Of a stretch of DNA of 64,000 nucleotides, positions 9,025 to 20,041 are shown in pieces. Position numbers and translations under genes: made by a program. The DNA is from Candidatus Spongiisociaceae bacterium (GTDB lineage: Bacteria; Actinomycetota; Acidimicrobiia; Spongiisociales; Spongiisociaceae). Every line of letters begins with the position of its first letter. Within the stretch, counting starts at the first letter, position 1. Where the stretch lies: contig CBDCOH010000002.1 of assembly GCA_965219685.1 (NCBI GenBank), positions 3,904,001 to 3,968,000 of the forward strand, written 5' to 3'. The notes beneath the pieces were generated by a model that did no database searches, was not told the DNA's origin, and was given only the letters and a program-made list of their open reading frames with translations.

Positions 9025-10380
9025 TCAATGCCCCAGGAAGTCCGGCAGCTTGGAGTCGTCAAACCGGCCTGCTTCGATGTCGGCCAGGGCGCGGTCGAAG
9101 ATGTCCAGCGCTTCATCGGCGTCGCTCCGGGTGATGGTCAGCGGCGGGGTGATCTCCATCACGTTGCCGAACGCCAGCAGGATCAGGCCGAGCTCGAAGC
9201 AGCGGTAGGCCAGCCGGTAGGCATCCGTCTCGGCAGGCTCGCGGGTCTGGTGGTCCTTCACCAGCTCGACCCCGATGAGGAGGCCCATGCCGCGTACGTC
9301 GCCGATCAGCGGGTGGTCGGTCTTCATCTCCTCCAGCTTGTCACTCAGGTAGCGGCCCATCTCGTCGGCGTTGCGGACCAGCCCCTCCTCCTCGATCACG
9401 TCGAGCGTCGCCACCGCGGCGGAACAGGAGATCGGCGAGCCGCCCAGCGTGTAGGCGGTGTACAGGTCGACGTCGAGGATCTCCTGGCGGCCCACCACGG
9501 CAGACAGCGGGAAACCCCCTCCCAGCGGTTTGGCGAGCCCGACCGCATCCGCCTCGATCCCGAAGTGCTCGAAGCCGAACATGCGACCGGTCCGCCCCAG
9601 GCCGACCTTGACCTCGTCGAAGATCAGCCAGATCCCCCGCTCGTCGCACAGCTCTCGCAGGGCCGGGAAGTAGTTGTCCGGCGGGACGATCTCCCCGCTG
9701 TCCGACTGGATGCTCTCGGCGAAGATGGCCGCCGTCTCGTCCGAGGGCGACACGTTCACCAGCAGGTCGTTCTTCAGGTAGTCGAGGCATCTCAGCGAGC
9801 ATTCGTTCTTGTCGCACGGGCCCCAGGCACACCGGTAGGGGTTGGGATAGGGAGCTTTGGTTATATGGCCGCCCGGTATCGGTCGGGTCAACGCTCCGTG
9901 TCCGGAGATGGCGCCGGAGCCGATCGTCATGCCATGGAACGCGCCGATATAGGAGACGAGCCGAGGCCGTCCGGAGGCGATCGGGGCCACCTTGGCGAGC
10001 ACGTCCATTGCGTCGGAACCCGACACGCCGAACCAGGCCTTCTTGTCGAACTCTCCCGGGAGGATCTCGATCAGCCGCTCAGCCAACTCGACGGCGGGCT
10101 CGTGGATGTAGCAGACGAGCGGGCCCGTGTACTCGTTGTTGATCGCGTCGATTGCGGCCTGGCGAACCTTCGGATGCCCGTATCCCGTTGCGGCCGTTCC
10201 GCCGGTCGCCATCCAGTCGAGGTACTCGTTGCCGTCCTTGTCCCACATGCGGACCCCGTCCGACCTGGCCACCACGAACGGATAGAGCCGGTACTTCATC
10301 GACGGCGTGATGACCGCCTCGTCGCGGGCGGCGACCGCCCGGCTCCGGGCGAGCTCTCGCTTACCGGAAGGATGTGGCAT
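9025..10380 (-). CDS. Class III PLP-dependent aminotransferase
   Basis: SGSDAMD, AFHGMT, ESIQSDSG, FDEVKVGLGRTG, LAKPLGGG, DVRGMGLLIG. Confidence 0.9.
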   Translation of the reverse strand: MPHPSGKRELARSRAVAARDEAVITPSMKYRLYPFVVARSDGVRMWDKDGNEYLDWMATGGTAATGYGHPKVRQAAIDAINNEYTGPLVCYIHEPAVELAERLIEILPGEFDKKAWFGVSGSDAMDVLAKVAPIASGRPRLVSYIGAFHGMTIGSGAISGHGALTRPIPGGHITKAPYPNPYRCAWGPCDKNECSLRCLDYLKNDLLVNVSPSDETAAIFAESIQSDSGEIVPPDNYFPALRELCDERGIWLIFDEVKVGLGRTGRMFGFEHFGIEADAVGLAKPLGGGFPLSAVVGRQEILDVDLYTAYTLGGSPISCSAAVATLDVIEEEGLVRNADEMGRYLSDKLEEMKTDHPLIGDVRGMGLLIGVELVKDHQTREPAETDAYRLAYRCFELGLILLAFGNVMEITPPLTITRSDADEALDIFDRALADIEAGRFDDSKLPDFLGH

Positions 10381-10474
10381 GGGGCACCTTCCTCATGGTG
10401 GCGTAGTGGGGAGAATATCGAGCGGACGTTCGAGCCATCGTGGTTCGATCACGTTGGATCAGGGCGTTCGATCG

Positions 10475-12790
10475 CTATTCAGGGTGCAGCAGTTCCCACA
10501 CCACATCCGGGCGGAGCGGGGTCCGGTCGACCCGGATGCCGAACGGCGCCAGTGCGTCCGCGACCGCGTTGGCTATCGCGGGCGGCGAGGCGAGGGTGCC
10601 CGATTCGCCCACGCCCCTGACACCGAGCGGGGTGTCCGAGGGCGACACGATGTTGTCCAGGGTGATCCGGGGCACCTCCACCGCGGAGGGGAGCAGGTAG
10701 GCAGCGAAGCTGGCGGACGGAATCTGGCCGGACTCGTCATGGCTGACCCGCTCATAGAGTGCCTGCCCTATTCCCTGGGCGATCCCGCCGTGGATCTGGC
10801 CGTCGACGATTCCCGGATTGAGACCCACGCCGTAGTCGTCCACCGACACGAAGTCGAGGATCTTCACCTTCCCGGTCTCCGTGTCCACCTCCACTACGGC
10901 TGCGTTGGCGCCGAAGGCGAAGTTGACATCGGGCGGATCGTAGAACGCCGTGGCTTCGAGGCCCGGTTCGAACATCCGCCCGCAGCGCTTGAGGAAGTGG
11001 GCTTCCTCCGCCACGTCGGGCCAGGACACCGCGGTCTCGGGGCTACCAACCACGGTGAACACGCCGTCCTCGTAGGCGATGTCCTCCGCGGCGGCCTCCA
11101 GCAAGGCGGCCGCCACCTGTCGCGCCTTCTCCACCACGCGTTCGGCCGCCACCAGGGCGGCGTGCCCGCCGACCACCGCGCCCCGGCTGCCATGGGTACC
11201 TCCGCCGAACGGGACGGTCTCGGTGTCTCCGTGGGTGACCGTGATGTGGTCGAAGGGGATCTGCAGCTGGTCGGCGATGATCTGGGCGACGGCCGTATCC
11301 GATCCCTGGCCCTGCGGGCAGAGGCCCGAGTAGACGACCGCCTTGCCCTGGGGATCCACCCGGATCAGCGTCGACTCGTGGCCGGGGAAGAACTTCATCG
11401 GGTTCCAGTCGTGGCCCGACGGCGAGAAACCGCACAGGAGGTTGTAGGTCGCGAAACCGACTCCGATATGGCGACCTGCCCTCCTCGCCTCCTGCTGGCG
11501 GGTCCGCACCTCCTCGTAGCCGACCAACTCCACCGCTCTCTCCAGCAAGGCCGGGTAGTCGCCACCGCTGTAGGTGAGCCCGAACGGAGTCTGGTAGGGG
11601 AGTTGGTCGGGCGCGACCAGGTTGCGCAGCCGCATCTGGACCGGATCGATGCCGAGTTCCCGGGCGGCCTCCTCGATCAGCCTCTCCTGGACGTAGGTGG
11701 CCTCGGCCCGTCCCGAACCCCGCAGAGCCTCGATCGACATCTTGTTGGTGAAGACCTTCTCCAGCTTGATGTCGACGCTGGGAATGTCGTAGTTGCCGGT
11801 CAGGGTGTCGATGGTCAGGTCCGGAACGACCGGCGTGAAGAAGTGGAAGTAGGCCCCGAGGTCCCCTACGAAGTGGCTCCGGAGCGCCAGGATGTTCCCC
11901 TCGGAGTCCAGGGCGAGTTCTGCCTTGTGGATCTGGTCTCTGGCGTGAACGCCTGACGTGAAGTTCTCGGTCCGGGTCTCCACCCACTTCACGGGGACAC
12001 CCAACTGCAGAGCCGCCCAGATCACGGCTAACTCGTCCGAGTACAGGTTGAGCTTGCTACCGAAGCCGCCGCCCACATCGGGAGCGACGATGCGGAGCTT
12101 CGATTCGTCGAATTCGAAGATGTGAGCCAGCCAGGTGCGCAGAGTATGGGGGCCCTGGCACGAGAGCCATACCGTGAGGTGACCAGAGGCGGGTTCCGGA
12201 ACCGCGAGGATGGCGCGCGGTTCCATCGGTGATGCCGAGATCCGCTGCACCGTGAGCGTCCGGGACACCACATGATCGGCCCCGGCGAAGGCGTCGTCGG
12301 GATCCCCGATCACCTTGTGGATCTCGCCGATCTTGTTGGTGCCTCGGTCTGGATGCACGAGCGGCGCGCCGGGGGAGAGCGCCTCCCACGGGTCGAGGAC
12401 GTGGGGTAGGGGCTCGTAGTCCACGTCGACCCGCTCGGCGCCGTTGACGGCTGTTCGCGGGTCATTGGCCAGCACCATCGCCACCGGCTCGCCCACGTAG
12501 TGGACCCGATCCCCCGTGAGGGGAGTCCTCGGCGGTGCCCAGTCGGCTGCGGCGGTCGGGATCAGGGGCATCTCCCCAGCCGACTCGGATCCGGAGTACG
12601 CGGCGACCACTCCCGGCGCCTCGCGCGCCTCGGCCAGGTCGACCGACGTGATGTCGGCATGGGCGAACGGGCTGCGCACGAAGGAGGCGTGGACCATGTG
12701 GGGCACGGCAAGGTCGTCCACGTACCGGCCCCTGCCCGCCAGGATGCGGGGATCCTCCTTGCGGGGTAGCCGGGCGCCGACGGCGGTCAT
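10475..12790 (-). CDS. Xanthine dehydrogenase-family molybdopterin subunit (CoxL/CutL-like, not form I CODH)
   Basis: [17 protein letters not shown], active-site loop [34 protein letters not shown]. Confidence 0.9.
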   Translation of the reverse strand: MTAVGARLPRKEDPRILAGRGRYVDDLAVPHMVHASFVRSPFAHADITSVDLAEAREAPGVVAAYSGSESAGEMPLIPTAAADWAPPRTPLTGDRVHYVGEPVAMVLANDPRTAVNGAERVDVDYEPLPHVLDPWEALSPGAPLVHPDRGTNKIGEIHKVIGDPDDAFAGADHVVSRTLTVQRISASPMEPRAILAVPEPASGHLTVWLSCQGPHTLRTWLAHIFEFDESKLRIVAPDVGGGFGSKLNLYSDELAVIWAALQLGVPVKWVETRTENFTSGVHARDQIHKAELALDSEGNILALRSHFVGDLGAYFHFFTPVVPDLTIDTLTGNYDIPSVDIKLEKVFTNKMSIEALRGSGRAEATYVQERLIEEAARELGIDPVQMRLRNLVAPDQLPYQTPFGLTYSGGDYPALLERAVELVGYEEVRTRQQEARRAGRHIGVGFATYNLLCGFSPSGHDWNPMKFFPGHESTLIRVDPQGKAVVYSGLCPQGQGSDTAVAQIIADQLQIPFDHITVTHGDTETVPFGGGTHGSRGAVVGGHAALVAAERVVEKARQVAAALLEAAAEDIAYEDGVFTVVGSPETAVSWPDVAEEAHFLKRCGRMFEPGLEATAFYDPPDVNFAFGANAAVVEVDTETGKVKILDFVSVDDYGVGLNPGIVDGQIHGGIAQGIGQALYERVSHDESGQIPSASFAAYLLPSAVEVPRITLDNIVSPSDTPLGVRGVGESGTLASPPAIANAVADALAPFGIRVDRTPLRPDVVWELLHPE

Positions 12791-13254
12791 GGCTGCCCGC
12801 TCCCGCACGGACCCGAGAGGACGGCGTCGACGATGTGCTGGTAGCCGGTGCAGCGGCAGAGGTTGCCTTCCAAGGCCTTGCGAACCTCCTGCTCGGTCGG
12901 TTCGGGGTTCCGGCGCAGGAAGGCAGTGGCGGCCATCAGGAAACCGGAGGTGCAGAAGCCGCACTGGAGGGCGAAGTGGTCGGCGAATGCCTGCTGCAGC
13001 GGTGAGAGCTTCCCGCGGTCGGCGAGCCCTTCCACCGTCTCGATCTCCCTTCCGTCGGCTTGACCGGCCAGGACGGTGCAGGACTTGACCGCAGCCCCGT
13101 CGAGTATCACGGTGCACGCGCCGCAACTGCTGGTGTCGCAGCCCACGTGGGTTCCCGTCAGTTGCAGCTCCTCCCGGAGCAGGTGCACCAGCAGCGTCGA
13201 GGGATGGCAGTCGACATCGACCCTGGCGCCGTTGACCACCACGCGGACCTTCAT
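12787..13254 (-). CDS. 2x[2Fe-2S] subunit (CoxS-like)
   Basis: [26 protein letters not shown]. Confidence 0.93.
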   Translation of the reverse strand: MKVRVVVNGARVDVDCHPSTLLVHLLREELQLTGTHVGCDTSSCGACTVILDGAAVKSCTVLAGQADGREIETVEGLADRGKLSPLQQAFADHFALQCGFCTSGFLMAATAFLRRNPEPTEQEVRKALEGNLCRCTGYQHIVDAVLSGPCGSGQP

Positions 13255-14111
13255 CCGCCGGCTCCCCGTTCCGTGGCGCGCCGGATGGCGCGTCCGGCCA
13301 AGACCCTCACGAGCTCGCTCTTGTACCGTGAGCTGCCGCGGTCATCGCCGGGCATCCTGACGGCGGCGGAGACAGCGGAGGCGGCGCGGGCGATGGTCGA
13401 AGGATCGATGTCCGATCCCACCAGGAGGTTCTCGGCTTGCGCCGCCCGTGTGGCGACCTGCTCGCCTCCCGTCACCGCGATCCCGGCGCCGGTGACGCGT
13501 CCTGCGCCGTCCATGGTCATCTGGACGGCCACGCCTGCTACCCCGTAGTCGGCCGCGGCGCGCTTCATCTTCTCGTACGCCCCGGCCGGTCCGCCGGGCA
13601 GCCGGACCGCGGTGATCAATTCGCCCCGCCGGAGCGAGGTCTCGAAGGGCCCCACGAAGAGGTCGTCGCTCTCGATGACCCTCGTGCCGCTCGCTCCCTC
13701 GACGACGACCCGTCCCCGGGCGGCCACCAAAGCGGCCGGAAGGTCGTTGAGGGGATCGGCGTGGGCCAGATTGCCGCCCACGGTTCCCAGATTACGGACG
13801 AGCGGATCCGCGATCACCGAGGCCGTCTCGGCCCATAACGGGGAGAGGGATCGGACCATCGGGCTCTGCGACACCCGGCTCGTGGTCACGAGGGCACCGA
13901 TCTCGAGCCCGTCCTCGGAGGACCCGATGGAGTCCAGACCTTGGATCTTTCCCAGGTCGACCACTACGGATGGGCGGACCAGCCGGAAGCGCATCATGGG
14001 GATGAGGCTCTGGCCCCCGGCGAGCGCCACGGAGCCATCCTCGCTGTTCAGGCTCGCGAGGGCGTCCTCAAGCGTCGCGGACGAACGGAACGCGAAGTCA
14101 GGCGGTCGCAT
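13251..14111 (-). CDS. FAD-binding subunit (CoxM-like)
   Basis: [30 protein letters not shown]. Confidence 0.92.
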   Translation of the reverse strand: MRPPDFAFRSSATLEDALASLNSEDGSVALAGGQSLIPMMRFRLVRPSVVVDLGKIQGLDSIGSSEDGLEIGALVTTSRVSQSPMVRSLSPLWAETASVIADPLVRNLGTVGGNLAHADPLNDLPAALVAARGRVVVEGASGTRVIESDDLFVGPFETSLRRGELITAVRLPGGPAGAYEKMKRAAADYGVAGVAVQMTMDGAGRVTGAGIAVTGGEQVATRAAQAENLLVGSDIDPSTIARAASAVSAAVRMPGDDRGSSRYKSELVRVLAGRAIRRATERGAGG

Positions 14112-14177
14112 CCGTGCCTGCCGGCGACGGTCCGGTCCGGCTCGAGCCCGAGCTATCCAACACGCATCGGGCTGAAC

Positions 14178-15209
14178 TCATGAACTGCTGTCTTCCCAGG
14201 GTCGCGGCCTCACATGGCAAGCTACCAGGTGTCCGGGTTCGGTGCCCTCGAGGGTGGGTTCGACCTGGTGGCAGACCTCCTCGACGAACGGGCACCTGGT
14301 GGAGAACTTGCATCCGGGCGGCATGTCGAGGGGCGAGGGAACGTCTCCGCGCAGCGGCGCTTCGCTCTTGTGGTGGGGGTTCGGGTCGGGACGCGACGCC
14401 AGGAGGGCCTGGGTGTAGGGATGCTCGGGACGGCCGAACACCTTCTCGAGAGGGCCGTATTCGACGATCCGACCCATGTACATGACCGCCACGGTGTCGG
14501 CCACCTGGGAGACGACCGAGAGCTGGTGGGCGATGAAGATCATGGTCAGCCCCAGGCGGGCTTGCAGGTCCCGGAAGAGGTTGATGATCTGGGCCTGGAT
14601 GGAGACATCCAGGGCGCTCACCGGTTCGTCGGCCACGAGCATGTCCGGGCCCACCGCCAGGGCCCGGGCGATGGCCACCCGCTGCCGCTGGCCGCCGCTC
14701 AACTGTCTGGGACGGCGGTCAGCCAGGGTGGCCGAGAGCCCGACGCTCTCCAGGTGCCCGGCCACGAAGGCTCCGTCCTGGCCCTCGCCGACGAGGCCGT
14801 GCACCTTCCCGGCTTCGAGGATCGCCGCTCCCACCGTCATCCGGGGATTGAGGGACGTGAATGGGTCCTGGAACACCATCTGCACCCGCCGCCGCACCCG
14901 GCGAAGGTCGCTTCCCTCGACCGACCGCACGTCCACGCCGTCGAACAGGACCGTTCCCGCGTCGGGATCGACCAGCCGGATCAGGCTGCGGCCCAGAGTG
15001 GTCTTGCCGCTTCCCGACTCCCCGACGATGCCCATGACCTCGCGCTGCCGCACCTCGAACGACACATTCTGGACGGCCATCAGACGCCGTGCAGGGGCAC
15101 GCCTGATCCGCTCGCCCAGAGTGCGGCGCACCGGGTATCCCTTGGTCAGACCCTCGACCTGGAGCAGTACCTCCCTGTCCGAGTCCCGGGGTTGGCCGGC
15201 TCCGATCAC
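14178..15209 (-). CDS. Oligopeptide/dipeptide ABC transporter ATPase (DppF-like)
   Basis: GESGSGKT, LSGGQRQR, DEPVSALD, HPYTQALL; GTG at 15209 overlaps the upstream stop. Confidence 0.9.
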   Translation of the reverse strand: MIGAGQPRDSDREVLLQVEGLTKGYPVRRTLGERIRRAPARRLMAVQNVSFEVRQREVMGIVGESGSGKTTLGRSLIRLVDPDAGTVLFDGVDVRSVEGSDLRRVRRRVQMVFQDPFTSLNPRMTVGAAILEAGKVHGLVGEGQDGAFVAGHLESVGLSATLADRRPRQLSGGQRQRVAIARALAVGPDMLVADEPVSALDVSIQAQIINLFRDLQARLGLTMIFIAHQLSVVSQVADTVAVMYMGRIVEYGPLEKVFGRPEHPYTQALLASRPDPNPHHKSEAPLRGDVPSPLDMPPGCKFSTRCPFVEEVCHQVEPTLEGTEPGHLVACHVRPRPWEDSSS

Positions 15210-16234
15210 GGCGACCCTTCCTGGAGATGCTGCGGGATCGTGACGCGGTCTCGCCACGTCACGAACGGGCAGGCAGTGACATGTTCGGGTCCCACCTCCT
15301 GCAGCGACATCGGGACCGAATCGCATCCATTCCTGACGAATCCGCACCTGGGGCTGAACGGGCATCCGGGCGCGAGATTGGAGAGTTCCGGCGGCTGTCC
15401 GCGTACCGGAACCATCTCCGAGCGGTTGGATGGATCGAGATGGGGGATGGATGCCAGCAACGCCTGCGTGTACGGGTGGCTCGGATGATCGAATATCTCC
15501 TGCACCGGCGCCTGCTCCACGATGTAACCGGCGTACATGACGGCCACGTGGTCGCAGTGCTGGGCGATGACCCCGAAGTCGTGGGAGACGAGGATCATCG
15601 CCATCCCGGTGTCCTGCTGGAGTTCGGTGAGCAGAGTCATGATCTGGGCCTGGACCGTCACGTCGAGAGCCGCCGTCGGTTCGTCGGCGATCAGGAGCAT
15701 CGGCTCGGCGGCGATCGCGCTGGCGATCATCGCCCGCTGTCGCATCCCCCCGCTCATCTCGTGGGGGTAGGAGTGGAACTGCGTCTCGGGGGAGGCGATG
15801 CCGACCCGGTCGAGCAGTTCGATCGCCCGCCGCGTCGCCTGCCGGGTGCCCATCCGGCGCTTGACTCTGAGTACCTCGACGATCTGGTTCCCCACCTTGT
15901 ACACGGGGTTGAGTGAGGCGGTCGGATCCTGGAACACCATTCCGATCTCGCCCCCGCGCACCTTCCGGAGTTCGGAGCGGGACAGCCCGATTAGATTCCG
16001 GCCGTTGAACACCACCCGTCCATCGATGACCTCGCCCGGCTTCGGGACCAGTCCGATGATGGAACGGCACGTCATGCTCTTCCCCGATCCCGACTCGCCG
16101 ACCAGCGCCAGGGTGGCGCCCCTCTCCAGAGTGAAGCTCACCCCGTTGGTGGCGAGCAGCAGCCCTTCCAGGGTCGGGAAGCCCGTATGGAGATCCTCCA
16201 CTCGGAGAAGCGGCGAGCCGCCTACACCGTCAAT
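15206..16234 (-). CDS. Oligopeptide/dipeptide ABC transporter ATPase (DppD-like); start uncertain (16201-16234)
   Basis: GESGSGKS, YPHEMSGGMRQR, DEPTAALD. Confidence 0.88.
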   Translation of the reverse strand: MDGVGGSPLLRVEDLHTGFPTLEGLLLATNGVSFTLERGATLALVGESGSGKSMTCRSIIGLVPKPGEVIDGRVVFNGRNLIGLSRSELRKVRGGEIGMVFQDPTASLNPVYKVGNQIVEVLRVKRRMGTRQATRRAIELLDRVGIASPETQFHSYPHEMSGGMRQRAMIASAIAAEPMLLIADEPTAALDVTVQAQIMTLLTELQQDTGMAMILVSHDFGVIAQHCDHVAVMYAGYIVEQAPVQEIFDHPSHPYTQALLASIPHLDPSNRSEMVPVRGQPPELSNLAPGCPFSPRCGFVRNGCDSVPMSLQEVGPEHVTACPFVTWRDRVTIPQHLQEGSP

Positions 16235-17124
16235 CGCAGCTCCTCTCCCAGCCGGTCGGCGAGGGCGTCGCCGAGCATGCTGAAGCCGACCCCGATCGTC
16301 ACCAGTACGAGACCGGACAGGGTTGTGATCCACCAACCGACCCGCAGGTGGGCCTGCCCGTCGGCGACGATGACGCCGAGTTCGGCGGTCGGGGCTTGGA
16401 CCCCGAGGCCCAGGTAGGAGACGCCCGCGATGAGCAGCAGGTTGAGGACTATGTCGGCCACCGAGAACACCAGCGGGGACCTGATGAGGTTCGGGACGGC
16501 GTGGCGGCCGAGTATCCGGGTGGTGGAGTAGCCGAGACCCTTGGCGGCCAGCATGTACTGCTGCTCGCGGATCACCAGCATCTCGCCCCGGGACAGCCGG
16601 GCGTAGAGAGCCCACCCGACCGCCAGGACGCCGATGAAGATGCCGACCAGCCCGGGTCCGGTGATGGCGACCACCGCGATCACCACGACCAGGAAGGGGA
16701 AGGCCATGACGATGTCGACCGCCCGGTTGATCACCGTGTCCACCCAGCCCCCGAAGTATCCGGCCAGCATTCCGAGGGTGACGCCCACCAGCAGCGGCAC
16801 GTAGGTGATCACGAGCACGATGGCCATGTCCAGGCGTATCCCGTACAGGACCCGGGAGAACACGTCGCGCCCGAGTTCGTCGGTGCCGAAGAAGTGGTCG
16901 CCTGACGGGGGCTGCAGCGTTGCCATCAGGTCGAGTTCGTTGGGCGGGTAGGGAGCGATCCATGGCGCCAGCAGCCCGGCGAGGACCACCAGCACCACGA
17001 TCGATCCGCCGATGTAGAGCGCGACGTTCGACCATCGCCGATCGGACAGGGCCCGCCTTCGCAGCCGCCGGGTCGCCACCAGCAGCCGCTCCTGGCGCGG
17101 AGGGACCTCGCGGGCGATGGTCAT
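16222..17124 (-). CDS. ABC transporter permease (DppC-like)
   Basis: HFFGTDELGRDVFSR..YG, EQQYMLAAKGLG, SYLGLG. Confidence 0.92.
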   Translation of the reverse strand: MTIAREVPPRQERLLVATRRLRRRALSDRRWSNVALYIGGSIVVLVVLAGLLAPWIAPYPPNELDLMATLQPPSGDHFFGTDELGRDVFSRVLYGIRLDMAIVLVITYVPLLVGVTLGMLAGYFGGWVDTVINRAVDIVMAFPFLVVVIAVVAITGPGLVGIFIGVLAVGWALYARLSRGEMLVIREQQYMLAAKGLGYSTTRILGRHAVPNLIRSPLVFSVADIVLNLLLIAGVSYLGLGVQAPTAELGVIVADGQAHLRVGWWITTLSGLVLVTIGVGFSMLGDALADRLGEELRLTV

Positions 17125-18065
17125 CCGTCCACCAGCCTCACCCGGGGGTCTATGGCCGCGTAGGTCAGGTCGGCAGCCAGGTTGATCACGATCACGGTGA
17201 GCCCGAAGAACAGGACCAGGGCCTGGATCACCGGGTAATCGCGCTCGAGCACTCCCTCGACGATCAGCGAGCCGAGTCCGGGGATGGCGAAGACGTTCTC
17301 GACTATCACCGATCCGCTGATCATGAAGCCGATGATCAACGACAGCACGGTGACCGTGGCGATCAGTGAGTTCCGCATGACGTGCTTTCCGATCACCCTG
17401 GACTCGCGATATCCCCTGGCACGGGCGGCCTCGACGTACTCCTGGTCCAGAACCTCGATGATGCTCGATCGCAGGGTCCGGGCGAGGATCGGCGCCAGGA
17501 ACAGCCCGATGGTGGCCGCCGGCAACGTGAGGCTGCGCAGGATGGTGAGGACGTTCGTCTTGTCGTAGCCCGCCACCGGCAGCCAGCCCAGCCTGATGGC
17601 GAAGAACAGCGCCAGCAGCAGGCCCAGCCAGAACGACGGCATGGCGAAGGTGATCATGCTGCCCAGCCGCATGAGGTGGTCCTGCCAGCGGTTCCGCTTC
17701 ACCGCGGAGAGGACCGCCAGGGGAACCGCAACCACCGCCGCGATCACCGCGCTGTACAACAGCAGCGAGAAGCTGATCACGGCACGGGTGGCGATCACAT
17801 CGCGAACCGGCTCCTTCTTGATGATCGACTCCCCGAAGTCGCCGACCACCGCACCCCTCAGGAACCCGATGAACTGCTCGGGTACGGAACGGTCGAGGCC
17901 CAGATCACGACGCAGGATCGCCAGGCTCTCCGGCGTGGCGTTGTAACCCAGCATGTTCAGTGCAGGGTCTCCCGGCACCAGCACGATGATCACGAACGCG
18001 CCGACGATGACCGCCGCCACCACCGGGATGCTGTGCAGGAGGCGGCGACCCAGGTAACGGAGCAC
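17121..18065 (-). CDS. ABC transporter permease (DppB-like)
   Basis: PGDPA, GDFGES, QEYVEAARARG, ENVFAIPGLG, RDYPVIQ, DPRVR. Confidence 0.92.
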   Translation of the reverse strand: MLRYLGRRLLHSIPVVAAVIVGAFVIIVLVPGDPALNMLGYNATPESLAILRRDLGLDRSVPEQFIGFLRGAVVGDFGESIIKKEPVRDVIATRAVISFSLLLYSAVIAAVVAVPLAVLSAVKRNRWQDHLMRLGSMITFAMPSFWLGLLLALFFAIRLGWLPVAGYDKTNVLTILRSLTLPAATIGLFLAPILARTLRSSIIEVLDQEYVEAARARGYRESRVIGKHVMRNSLIATVTVLSLIIGFMISGSVIVENVFAIPGLGSLIVEGVLERDYPVIQALVLFFGLTVIVINLAADLTYAAIDPRVRLVDG

Positions 18066-18109
18066 GTTTCCGGGTCAGCCGCCTCGGTGCAGCGTTATCG
18101 GGCTGCTCG

Positions 18110-19786
18110 TTACTGCTCGATCCACGTGTTCTCGAAGTGGTACACGCCGAGGGCGTCCTGGTCGACGTCGTGCACGCCGTCGCGCACCCCCGTCGCCAGC
18201 GGCAGCCACAGGATGTTCAGCCAGGGCATGTCAGCGACCCACTCGGCCTGGATCTGGGGCCAGAGCTCCTGGCGCCTCTCCTCGGTGGCCGCCACCGCTT
18301 CCTCCACCTTCGCCCAGAGCGACTCGTTGCCCCATGCGCTGAAGAAGCCGTCCAGCCCTCCCTCGGTGGGATCGGTCATCAGCAGGGCGAACTCGTCCGG
18401 AACCAGCACGTCCGATGTCCACTTCAGGAACGGCATCGTGATCTCGTAGCCGTAGCTGAACAGGTTGTCGGCCAGCGTGCTCTCGTCTAGTTCCACCAGT
18501 TGCAGGTCCACGCCGATCTCGGCCCACTGCGCCTGCAGGACGGTGGCCAGGGACTTGTGCTGCCCCGATCCGGCCGGGAACTGGAACGTGATGCTGAACC
18601 CGTCGGGAACCGACGACGAGGCGATCAGTTCCTTCGCCTTGTCCAGGTTGAACTCGAACGGGGGCACCTCGCTGGTCGGCGCGTTGTACTTGAGCGGCGG
18701 GATGAGGTGGTTTGGAATGGTGCCGACCCCTCCGAACACGGCGGCGTTGATCGCAGCCCTGTCGGTGGCGTAGCTCAACGCCTGGCGAACAGCCAGTTCG
18801 TCGAGCGGAGGGGCGCCGTTGTTGATCCAGACCGGCTCCTGGCGGGTGACCTCCCGTACCAGCACCGTGACGCCGTCCATGTCTCCGACCGCGTCGATCT
18901 GGGTGAACGGAACGCTCTCCATGACATGGGCCTCGCCCGAGTCGAGCTTCAACGCCCTCGTGTTGTCGTCCACGATGAAGTCGTAGCGCAGTTCGTCGAG
19001 GTAGGGCTTGCCCTCCTCCCAGTAGTAGGGGTTGGGCTCGAAGCTGATGCTCGTACCGCGGATCCACTCCTTGAGCTTGAACGGCCCGCTGCCGACGGGG
19101 TCCTCCCAGAAGGCGTCGCCCTGGGCCTCCAGCACCGCCTTCGGCACGATGTAGGCCGGGAAGATGCTGATGTTCTCCAGGAACGCGGCGATCGGCTGGT
19201 CGAGGTGGATGATGAAGTTACGGTCGTCGATGATCTCCGTGCCCGTGTAGCCGAGAGCGAGGAACGGGAGGATCGTGTTGATCTCGGGATTGGCGAACCG
19301 GTCGAGCGAGTACGCGACGTCCTCGGACGTGACCGGATCGCCGTTGCTGAACATGGCGTTATCCCGGAGGGTGAAGCTCCAGTCGAGCCCGTCGTCGCTG
19401 ACCTCCCACGATTCGGCGAGAGCCGGGATGATCGAGGTGCCTCCCTTGGGATCCGCGTAGACGAGGGTGTCGAAGATCAACTCGTGAGCGTAGATCTGAC
19501 CGTTGTCGGACAGCTCGAACGGGTTGAGCGTGTTGGTCTCGAGCTGGCGGGCGAAGACCAGCGTACCGCCGCGCTGCGGACCGGCCATGGCGGCTTCGGT
19601 CGTCTCCGGTGCCGCCGCCTCGGTTGTCTCCGGCGCTGCCGCGGCGGCAGTCGTTGCGGGCGCCTGGGTTGTCGCGGGCGCCTGAGTCGTCGCCGGGGCC
19701 TCGTCTTCGTCGGTTCCGCACGCCGCTGCCACCAGCCCTACAGCCAGCAGGCACGCAATCATACGGTAAACGGGTCGCAGTCTCAT
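18110..19786 (-). CDS. Family 5 ABC substrate-binding lipoprotein
   Basis: Lipobox VAAAC; Ala/Thr-rich linker (APATTQ/APETTE); PALAESWEVS, PVGSGPF. Confidence 0.92.
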   Translation of the reverse strand: MRLRPVYRMIACLLAVGLVAAACGTDEDEAPATTQAPATTQAPATTAAAAAPETTEAAAPETTEAAMAGPQRGGTLVFARQLETNTLNPFELSDNGQIYAHELIFDTLVYADPKGGTSIIPALAESWEVSDDGLDWSFTLRDNAMFSNGDPVTSEDVAYSLDRFANPEINTILPFLALGYTGTEIIDDRNFIIHLDQPIAAFLENISIFPAYIVPKAVLEAQGDAFWEDPVGSGPFKLKEWIRGTSISFEPNPYYWEEGKPYLDELRYDFIVDDNTRALKLDSGEAHVMESVPFTQIDAVGDMDGVTVLVREVTRQEPVWINNGAPPLDELAVRQALSYATDRAAINAAVFGGVGTIPNHLIPPLKYNAPTSEVPPFEFNLDKAKELIASSSVPDGFSITFQFPAGSGQHKSLATVLQAQWAEIGVDLQLVELDESTLADNLFSYGYEITMPFLKWTSDVLVPDEFALLMTDPTEGGLDGFFSAWGNESLWAKVEEAVAATEERRQELWPQIQAEWVADMPWLNILWLPLATGVRDGVHDVDQDALGVYHFENTWIEQ

Positions 19787-20041
19787 CGAGCCTCCCTCGC
19801 CTCATGAGCTTGGTCCAGCCCGCGGGACCGCAAGCAGGAGCGCCGGCGACCGGACCCTGTGGTCTGTTGGCTGAACTTTGCTGATTGAGGCTAGACGAAC
19901 GGGTGTCCACGCGTCGGACTGAGCACGGTCGGCCAAGGGGCCACCGATCGTTGGGATCACGTTCACGGACATGGTGAGCGGGTCGGGCTCTGTCGTCGAC
20001 AACCCTCGGGGCCAGATGGCTTGGTCGGTGCGGCGTCGGCG

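Noticed and set aside
10475-14111. Aerobic CO dehydrogenase
   Set aside because: Lacks the AYxCSFR motif and the coxDEFG accessory genes.
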